Part shown: one piece after another, positions 42,271 through 50,467 of the stretch
How positions within the stretch are numbered: position 1 is the first letter of the stretch
How the letters are laid out: each line of letters begins with the position of its first letter
Source: Folioceros fuciformis
Lineage: Eukaryota
Length of the DNA: 64,000 nucleotides
Direction: 5' to 3'
Assembly (NCBI GenBank): GCA_049999805.1
Contig: JBNGIO010006279.1
Span: 92,533 to 156,532 of the forward strand
Notes under the pieces: model-generated
Database searches by the model: none
Told to the model about the DNA's origin: nothing
Seen by the model: the letters and a program-made list of their open reading frames with translations, nothing else
Made by a program: the position numbers and the translations under genes

Positions 42271-43087
42271 CATTCGCACCAGTGAGCACACGGTCGCCTC
42301 CAGGCCCTAGCAAATACTTGGAGTATTCTCTTGGAGCTGGCCTTGTCTCTCAGGCCTGGTTTATGGAGTGCGGATGTGCTACTAGACACCCAGTCTCAGT
42401 GTCAGCTGAATTCAGCTCAACATTCTTTTAAGTTCCCCTCGTTTCAGTTCCCTTGTTTTCTATGGACTGCACACAGGACTTTACGAGTGTGAATTACTCT
42501 GTATTCAAAATGTTGTCCAGGTGTGCGATACATTTTTTCGAGGTAGGCTGAGCATGAGAAACCAACTTTCCTAGCCTTGCGCTGGTTGATATGAGAATAT
42601 GGTTTCCCTCTTGTTGAGCATTAGTTCCAGCTACTTGTCATATTCTAGGGATGGATGTACAAATTTGTTTGCTTTGTTCTTAACAAACTACTGTTTGAGA
42701 TTTTAGCACAACAGGGCTGGCAGCATCTCGTTGCAGGTAATATGCTTCTCGTCACTCGGTACAGTAAACAGTGTTATCTAGCAAGACACTGACACGAATA
42801 TACTTTTTCTCGCAATTGTTTAACAAGAAAGTGCTGAAGTTGATGTCAAAATTGTGGCTTATCACAGATCCTGCTTACGGCTGAAGATCTGAGAACCTAT
42901 CTAAGAGAGGATATTATGTATTGATGTCGCCTAACTCGCTGGCGAGAGGTAATTACATCCACGTTCATACTGCTTGAAGTCCAGGGCCCCGGTTTCTTAA
43001 AAAAGGCGAAGCTTGTTGGAAATGATGTGACAAAAACTCTAGACCCATCGCGCTGCGTAGTATGTAGGTGAAGTCTTGGATCTCCAG

Positions 43088-45259
43088 TCACATGTCCCTT
43101 GTTTGATGATCGTACAGAATAACGCTCTTGTATTCGTCGGTGTCGATCTATTAAGAAGCAAGCGTTTTGTCAAATCCGATCCATCCTCGAGCGTAAGACC
43201 GAAATTAGGAGCGACTGTCACAGCAACGAGTCTAACAGGAGGCACGGTCTGCTCACCTCTACTCGGGTGGTCAAATCCCCGGGAGGTGAATTTGGATTGA
43301 CCTACGGCAAGGCAGAGTTTAGGATCAGACCTCGTTACAACTGCAATCTGTCAATCCTGCAAGTCAGCTGCAGTACCTTAGCATAGCTGGAATTGCGGAA
43401 GAACTCACATTGATGATCTTGCGGTCTATCTTGTTCTTGAATTGGAGCCCAGCGTCACTTTCAGCTATTACCTGAGAATGTTAGCGCGGCATGTCAGCTG
43501 CTTCCAAACAACCACGTACATATGATTGTAAATCTCATCAGTGATGATAGCCCGTAATCCTGAGCCAAACCTGAAAATTCGAAGATGATGATGATAATGC
43601 GACCTTTGTTTTCCTGCGCGACAGATCTTCGCTAAGTGCAACTGGCCTGTGCTGAAGGATCGTTTTCTCATTGACATGAGCCATTTGGTTACCAATTGTA
43701 ATAAGAAAGGTCGTAAGGCTTGGGCAGAAGCCTTTTCTTCCTCAAAAACAATGGCTCCAAGTCTTCGGATTTCAAACGCTCCCCATAGTCTATGTACCCT
43801 GACACCTGAGAGACTCCAGTTACTTGTTGGTTTTCCTGAGCTTGTACGTGAAAGTTTCATCTGCTCATGAGAAGCAGCTCACCTCGTGTCCTCGCGGATG
43901 CACATCCCTTACAAAAATGATTGTCTTATTCCAGTTAAGCAAATCTTCAAAGCGAACTCACGACACCTTGAAGATGAAATGCTTCTAGAAGGTAAAGGAT
44001 ACTGCCAGTTTTCCATCACGACACAACACCTCTCTTTCAGCCAGTGCCTGCCATCGGAACAGAAATGCAGCATTTTCCACGTAAGTTAGGCCNNNNNNNN
44101 NNNNNNNNNNNNNNNNNNNNNNNNNNNNNNNNNNNNNNNNNNNNNNNNNNNNNNNNNNNNNNNNNNNNNNNNNNNNNNNNNNNNNNNNNNNNCTTCCCTT
44201 CACTGAACACTTTCTTCGGCGCTTTTCTCAAGGCCTGCATACCAAACAAGAAATTATATTAGCAGCAAAATCGACGCTGCGTGGCTGATGACAATCTGTA
44301 TAGATGCCGATGTCAAGGTGTATAGATGCAGATGTCGTAGACCTGAATACGGGCAAGCTCTGCTGCATCCTTCAAACTCTTGAATTCCTCTCGAGACAGA
44401 ATTTCCGCATTGCCCCGGTACCTGTTGAAATCAACTGATTACGGAGAAGTTCGAATCAAAGATTTGAAAATCTTCTCAAACACAGTGAAGCGAGAAATCA
44501 GCCAACTATTTCAGCGGATATCAGTAACAACAGGCTCGAAAAAACCGGTCAAAGCGAATGCATGCATTCATCAAGAGAAATTTCTCACCCGTGTTCAACC
44601 AGCTGTCTAGCCAAGTCCGTGTCTTCCAAGTAGTAGAGGTCTAGCGGTGTGATCTGCGCGTCCAAGTAGTCCTCATACCTGACAATGGACCAGCGGCTTT
44701 TTTAAGCAAATACTACCAGGGTCGACAACTCCCCGGAAACACACAGCAATGATGCAAGCAGGAGGGACACAGTCATCGTCCTCAGGCTCTAAATCTTCCG
44801 AACTATCTGAATTAGTACAGCCATATCATATGTCGGATGAGGAGTTGCGAAATACGTTGTATAGCCGGAGATAGATTCGCCTGGAGAAGGTGCAAGAGGC
44901 ACAGCAGCTGCACTTCCGCGCTTTGCAGGGACAGAAGTTTTGGTCTTCATAACAGGTACGTCTTCCTGTCAAGCTATCTGCAGGGACGTCCTCTCTCAAA
45001 CATTTCAGGTGACCAATCCATGCAACCGGATGAGAAAATGTTTCCAAATTGTTCCCATTGCAGTTGCCCCACCCAGTGCACTTTCCTCACAGACAACAGT
45101 TCTGACCTCGGCAACTATTTCTGAAGCTTGCTCGTCCGCCGCGAAAGCACTGGTTCCTCGGGCTGTCGCTGTGGCGTGCTTACGCAGCAGTTGTATTGGC
45201 TCCAATGCATCTGAAGAAACAATGGAGAATTCTCCTGCTTTGCGTTGGCTCATCATCAT
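43088..45259 (-). CDS. CFAP299: Cilia- and flagella-associated protein 299 (DUF4464/C4orf22 homologue); 12 short exons, one cut by an assembly gap
   Basis: Exons 45259-45107 (or ATG at 44950), 44965-44856, 44678-44589, 44421-44343, 44234-gap, 44047-44003, 43924-43883, 43805-43693, 43613-43571, 43471-43409, 43301-43257, 43147-43088. Translation [43 protein letters not shown]...ALAERE..CRDGKLATIIFVRD...[39 protein letters not shown]...[20 protein letters not shown]...YDH is colinear with CFAP299. Confidence 0.92.
43925..44002 (-). other. U12-type (minor spliceosome) GT-AG intron, 78 nt
   Basis: 5' site GTATCCTTT and branch-like TTGCTTAAC ending 9 nt before the 3' end of the intron, with no polypyrimidine tract. 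Removal joins GKLA|TIIF in frame. Confidence 0.85.
44093..44192. other. Assembly gap (100 N)
   Basis: Run of N. It hides the end of CFAP299 exon 5 and its donor site. Confidence 0.99.
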
Positions 45260-45485
45260 AATCTGCGGGCGCTGGCAATGATGCCAATGGCGTCTAGATT
45301 CGCCGTCCTAGTTTCGCCGGGTTCACATGAACGAAGTTTCACGGGATTCATGGGAAGGACGAACCGCCTGCCTCAACGACTTCACGTTTCACTAAGTGTA
45401 AACCGCGGGAACCAATTGTAGACTTTTCATTAATCTACCCACCTAAGTAAGAATGAGCGCTTTAGTGCACACCTACGCAACTGCC

Positions 45486-45564
45486 TTTAGGGCTTTACAC
45501 TGTCAAACCCTAAGTGAAGCCGTCTTTCGCAGGCCCTCCTCACAGTTTGAAACCCCTATTTAAA
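45486..45564 (+). promoter_or_regulatory. Putative Pol II promoter of the snoRNA cluster (telo-box + TATA), divergent from CFAP299
   Basis: AAACCCTAA at 45505-45513, TTTAGGG at 45486-45492 and TATTTAAA at 45557-45564. Telo-box plus TATA is typical of plant snoRNA and ribosome-biogenesis promoters. Confidence 0.55.
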
Positions 45565-45909
45565 GGCGTCGTTCGCGGAGGCATTATGTCGGACCTGCCA
45601 GTCCTGTCTTCGTGAAGGCTGTCTGGCTCTGCGCTGCGTTGTGCTTCGGCCCCCGGAGTCCTTCAGCCTCGTCTTGGCCTGGTCTGTGTAGGTTTGGTGC
45701 ATGTGCAAATTTGTGTTGGCATTGGCTGTGGTAACCTGACGTGTTTCCTTGCCGGGGAAATCGATGCTGAATCACCTTCTCGTCTATACCTAAGAGAGGC
45801 CGTCCTGTCGTTTGCGCCCTGGCCGGTCGTCAGCTGCGCATGTCATGCCATGTGTTCTTTGGTGCCTGAGGGCTGCTGCTGTTGCTCGTCCGTCCTGTGT
45901 GTGAGAGGG

Positions 45910-45986
45910 TGCCAGGGATGTTGAAATAGCGGATTTCTGTGAAGCCTTTCAGGCTCAGGAGCATCCATGTTACACACACTGAGGCA
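45910..45986 (+). ncRNA. snoR22: Box C/D snoRNA, snoR22-like (dual 25S rRNA 2'-O-methylation guide)
   Basis: Terminal stem TGCC/GGCA and variant C box GGGATGT. Guide TAGCGGATTTC precedes D' GTGA (45939-45942) and guide TGTTACACAC precedes D CTGA (45979-45982). Both guides are complementary to the adjacent conserved 25S stretch GAAAUCCGCUAAGGAGUGUGUAACA (recalled). Confidence 0.8.
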
Positions 45987-46100
45987 ATTTGATGAACTTC
46001 AGTCGAAGGTGTTTGCTGTGGTGTACCCGACGTCGTAGGTTGGGGGTTTTAGATCAGGGCTTTGGCCCTAGGAGATACGTCGTCGTCACTGCTCCACCTG

Positions 46101-46171
46101 TTCGGATGATGAATTTTGCGCTGATTTCCATGATGTTAAATCGAAGCACACTCTAATTTTTTGCTGACGGA
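46101..46171 (+). ncRNA. Box C/D snoRNA candidate with an 18S-complementary D-box guide
   Basis: C ATGATGA 46106-46112, D' CTGA 46121-46124, C' ATGATG 46130-46135 and D CTGA 46164-46167. Stems TTCG/CGGA and GCTCCAC/GTGGAGC flank it. Guide CACTCTAATTTTTT at 46149-46162. Confidence 0.75.
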
Positions 46172-46606
46172 GACGTGGAGCCCGGCTAGGAGAGAGTCCA
46201 GGTCTTCTATGACTTCAATTCGGTGCACGGTTCCTGGAAAGGGGGCGCACAGACTTGGATACGTCAATACTTGGAACTGGAGGAGCCGCAGTTACCTGCC
46301 CTAATTAACTTTTCATGTACGACATATATGTATACCATACCATTCTCTCACCTAATGTGCATCCTCCTTCCGAATGCTTTGCTTCGGGCTCCTCCGCACA
46401 TCGTGCTCCCAGTAATCAAGGTCCGATCTCTCTCGGTTCGACTACTCTTAAAATCCTCCTGCTTTGACTTTCCTGAGCTCTCCCCTTCTGTGCGACTCAA
46501 GCTGTGTGAGGGTGACCCGTCTTCATCCAGTCCAGTCCTGTTTCGATTGAAACCGGAATTTGAACTTAAGCCCTGTGCTGGACGATTGTTTTTGTTTACC
46601 ACTCGC

Positions 46607-49600
46607 TCAACAATACTGCTTGGTTTCTTGCAACAAATCCAGTGCAAATATTGAGAACCCTTCAGACCTTGCTCGTTTGCCCGAAAGACAAGCCCGCAGG
46701 TTGAAGAAAGTACTGTCATTACACCAATCGGTAGATCCTTCACAATGACTCTGGGAGTCCCTGGTGTTGTTGTAAGCATATCCCACCCCCAAGGTCACGG
46801 TAGAGTCACTTTGATCCTCCGCTGTATCACGTATGTCTGCCTGTGAAGAGGGTGGATGTGGCGCACATCCTTGTTTCTTCTCCATTTTGGGAAGTGCACG
46901 CCCCAGCATTGTGCTATTATGGGGCGGCTTCTCATCCCCAACTGAAAATGTATGCACTTGTCCGTCCATGTCTGCCCACGAGCTTTGACCCGGCTGCTTC
47001 CATGCACCGGTTCTCACTCTCCGGGCCTGCATCTTGTGTGCCTGCTCCCACATCTCGGCATCGGTGTAAATGTGTGACATCAAAACGTATGCTGACGCGT
47101 CTTTCTCGTCTAGCTTCACTGCTTGGTCGAAAGCATGGCATCCCACCTCCACGTTGCTCCACATCCGACAAGCACCCAGCAGCGTGTGCCAAACTGCAGC
47201 ATTCGGCAGTACAGGCATTCTTCTGATCAAAGTAAGAGCCTCTTCTAGTCGGCCGGCACGGCCCAGGAGATCCACCATGCATGTGTGATGCTCTAATGTG
47301 GGAGTGATTCCATACAGCTGGCTCATGGCCTCGAAGTAGCCTCTTCCCTTGTTCACCAAACCCGCATGACTGCACACTGTTAGAACGCTTAGCAATGTGA
47401 TGCCCACTGGATGAACCCCACCGTCTTTCATCCTCTGAACCAAGTCGAACACCACTTCGCTGTCTCCTTGGCAGGTGTAGCCTGCAATGAGGGAATTCCA
47501 AGCAACAAGGTCTGGGTCTGCCAATGTATCAAACACCTGCTGTGCATCAACCATGCTCCCGGCCTTCCCATACATGTTTATCAAACTGCTGGCTACAAAC
47601 GCATCAGCTTGAAATCCTTGTTCTGCAATCTGGGCATGGAGCTGTCTTCCCACATGCAAGGCTGCAACATTTGCACATGCCTGCAGCAGGTAGACAAATG
47701 TCATGGGATCGGGTACAGCAATGCCTTCTTCTTGCATAGAACTGTAGCGACGAAGGGCTTCATGGCCCAGTCCCTGCTGGGAATAACCTGCTATCAGAGC
47801 AGTCCAGGTGACAACGTCCTTTTGGGTGAGCCCGTTAAACACCCGCTGGGCATCTTCGAGGCTTCCACACTTTGCATACATGTTCACCAAACTGTTGGCG
47901 ACAAACACATCTGCTTGCTGTCCGTGTTCCCTGACTTCAGCATGAAGCTGCTTCCCCCTTTCCAAAGCAGCGGTTCCCACACTTGCACAGGCATGCAGAA
48001 GACACACAAATGTAACAGGAACCGGCACGGCGATGCCGTCTTCCTGCATGATACTGTAGAGTTCGAGGGCTTTCTGGCCCATGCCCTGCTGGGAATAACC
48101 AGCTATCATGGCATTCCATGTCACAACATCCTTGTGGCCAAGTCCGTCGAACATGCTCTGCGCGTCTTCCAAGCTGCCGCACTTTGCATACATGTTCACC
48201 AAACTATTGGCCACAAACACATCACCTTGGTGTCCCCGTTCCTTGATTTGCGCATGAAGTTGCTTCCCTTTCTCCAAGGCCGCAGTGCCAACACTTGCAC
48301 ATGCCTGCAGAAGGCACACGAATGTCACTGAATCAGGAACAGCGATGCCTTCTTCCTGCATAGCAGAGAAGAGACGAAGGGCTTTTTCTCCCATGCCCTG
48401 TTGGGAGTACCCTGCTATCATGGCATTCCAAGTCACTACATCCTTCCGACTGAGCCCGTTAAACACACTCTGTGCATCTTCCAAGCTGCCACACTTTGCA
48501 TACATGTTTACCAAGCTGTTGGCTACAAACACGTCAGCTTGACGTCCCCTTTCCCTGATCTGCATATGAAGCTGCTTCCCCTTCTCCAAAGCTGGCTTGC
48601 CCACACTTGCACATGCCTGCAGGAGGCACACAAACGTCACGGAATCAGGAACAGCGATGCCTTCTTCCTGCATAGCAATGAATAGACGAAGGGCTTCATC
48701 TCCCAACCCCTGCTGGGAGTATCCTGCTATCATGGCATTCCATGTCACCACATCCTTTTCACCAAGCCCGTCGAATACTCTTTGAGCGTCTTCCAAGCTG
48801 CCACATTTTGCATACATGTCCACCAAGCCACTACAAACAAAGGGATCCGGCTCCACCCCACTAGCCAACACATCAGCATGCACTTCCTGCCCAGTTTTCA
48901 AGTCTGCTCCCCTTGCACAAGCCTGAAGGGCTCCCACAAACACATGCCCATCAGGCTTCACATTGGACCTCCGCATCCGGTGGTAAAGTTCTATGGCCCG
49001 CTTGTCTTGCCCATGTTTAACATGGGCAGAGATTATGGCAGACCACGTGAAGGCATCCGGTTTATCCACCACTTGGAACACATCCATTGCATCCTGCAGC
49101 CTGCCATGAGAAGCATACATCCGCAGGATAAGGGTGCCCAAGAAGGCGTCCGACTGATACCCATTTTTCACCATGAAAGCATGGACTCGGCAACCGAGAA
49201 CAATATCCTTCTGGACTGCACATTTCTTCAGCACGGAGTTGAAAACAGACTTAGAAATGCAACAGTCTGTCTGCACCAAGACTCCCAGAGCTTCAACAGC
49301 CTCCACCAGCTGCCCCTGCTGACAGAGCTTGCCTACGGTCTCCACCGTCACGTCCCTATCGTGATCTGCAGGCCAACGACGGTAAGGATCACCTGATAAC
49401 ATACAGTCGAGAGCAGCAACCTGGGCACCCACACCATCTCCTTTGAAGACGCTGCTGGACCAGAGGGCACCCTGGGACTGCATGTGCTGGACATGAGCAC
49501 GGACAGGGATTGTTGCCAAAATGCTGCACCTTCCGACTTGCTTGTGCGTCAATGCTTGATTGCCTGAATTCACGCGAGCGGGAAGCTTTCTCAAATTCTC

Positions 49601-49696
49601 CACGGATCCAGCAATTTGCTGGGTCCAGGAATCCTGCACCATGAACAGATTATTTTGACCTCGGCGTGACAGCAATGCATTGCTCCAGGCTGCCAT
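46607..49696 (-). CDS. PLS-class PPR protein (organellar RNA-editing factor type) with E1/E2, a WW-like PG box and a decayed DYW tail; intronless, 1029 aa
   Basis: Repeated P-L-S triplets (VVTWNAMIAGYSQQG / TFVCLLQACA / NSLVNMYAKCGSLEDA), E motifs HHTCMVDLLGRAG and VWHTLLGAC, then WKQPGQSSWADMDGQVHTFSVGD. Confidence 0.93.
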   Translation of the reverse strand: MAAWSNALLSRRGQNNLFMVQDSWTQQIAGSVENLRKLPARVNSGNQALTHKQVGRCSILATIPVRAHVQHMQSQGALWSSSVFKGDGVGAQVAALDCMLSGDPYRRWPADHDRDVTVETVGKLCQQGQLVEAVEALGVLVQTDCCISKSVFNSVLKKCAVQKDIVLGCRVHAFMVKNGYQSDAFLGTLILRMYASHGRLQDAMDVFQVVDKPDAFTWSAIISAHVKHGQDKRAIELYHRMRRSNVKPDGHVFVGALQACARGADLKTGQEVHADVLASGVEPDPFVCSGLVDMYAKCGSLEDAQRVFDGLGEKDVVTWNAMIAGYSQQGLGDEALRLFIAMQEEGIAVPDSVTFVCLLQACASVGKPALEKGKQLHMQIRERGRQADVFVANSLVNMYAKCGSLEDAQSVFNGLSRKDVVTWNAMIAGYSQQGMGEKALRLFSAMQEEGIAVPDSVTFVCLLQACASVGTAALEKGKQLHAQIKERGHQGDVFVANSLVNMYAKCGSLEDAQSMFDGLGHKDVVTWNAMIAGYSQQGMGQKALELYSIMQEDGIAVPVPVTFVCLLHACASVGTAALERGKQLHAEVREHGQQADVFVANSLVNMYAKCGSLEDAQRVFNGLTQKDVVTWTALIAGYSQQGLGHEALRRYSSMQEEGIAVPDPMTFVYLLQACANVAALHVGRQLHAQIAEQGFQADAFVASSLINMYGKAGSMVDAQQVFDTLADPDLVAWNSLIAGYTCQGDSEVVFDLVQRMKDGGVHPVGITLLSVLTVCSHAGLVNKGRGYFEAMSQLYGITPTLEHHTCMVDLLGRAGRLEEALTLIRRMPVLPNAAVWHTLLGACRMWSNVEVGCHAFDQAVKLDEKDASAYVLMSHIYTDAEMWEQAHKMQARRVRTGAWKQPGQSSWADMDGQVHTFSVGDEKPPHNSTMLGRALPKMEKKQGCAPHPPSSQADIRDTAEDQSDSTVTLGVGYAYNNTRDSQSHCEGSTDWCNDSTFFNLRACLSGKRARSEGFSIFALDLLQETKQYC

Positions 49697-49984
49697 GGCT
49701 CGCAGGAGCCTACAGAAGCAAGACCCACCAATTCGCCATTATGGGATATGATCAAGCGAGAGTCCTTCTCGGGAAGGACTTGATTCCATTCTGGCATTTT
49801 ATCGGTCCTTTCTCGTTCCGAATTACCATGTGATTCATTTACATTGCAATCCCAATCGAAGTACCTCCTGCTGACCGTGCGGGAGTTCGTAGCCGAGGAG
49901 CCTTCTGTCTGAACAGGCTGCCTCGTGCTGGGCGGTGCTGGAAGCAGGCTAGGGCCATCCCCTTCGACATTCTGGACAGTGAAG

Positions 49985-50120
49985 CATGCTTGACGAGCTG
50001 CACAAACGTCAAAGGGTCGGGCTCCGCAATGCCTCCTTCATGCACAGCACTGTAATGTTTCAGGCTACATGACCAGATGGGAATAAAATACTCTGCGATA
50101 TCAACAGTCCAGGTCACTTT
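49985..50120 (-). pseudogene. Short PPR (P/L motif) remnant
   Basis: VTWTVDIAEY...LKHYSAVHEGGIAEPDPLTFVQLVKHAS is a degenerate copy of the neighbouring repeats. Confidence 0.6.
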
Positions 50121-50467
50121 CTTCTCACAACAGAGCTACCTGCTCCACTCTTCACAAACGTTACGTAATATTATGTCATGGGGCCTTGGTTTTTGCATCA
50201 CCAAGAATCAGCAATTTTGGGAGGGAAGCCACAAAAAGAATACTTCTCATCTTCTTGTGAACGCTCGTGAATCAGTGCCAGATGTGAAGGAGAAGGAGGA
50301 GATAAAACACCCTCAGCACTTCACACATAGGTGATATTGTTTCAGTTTAGGAGAAGCTACAGAGATCACACAGAAAGTAGTGTTACAACTTCACGTTTAG
50401 CACATGCATGTGTGCAGAAGGTGATGAAGGTGGCCCTGCATAGACGAAAGAAGTCAAGAGGTAGCCT

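Noticed and set aside
47411-49396. 306-aa and 204-aa plus-strand ORFs
   Set aside because: Antisense shadows of repetitive PPR codons.
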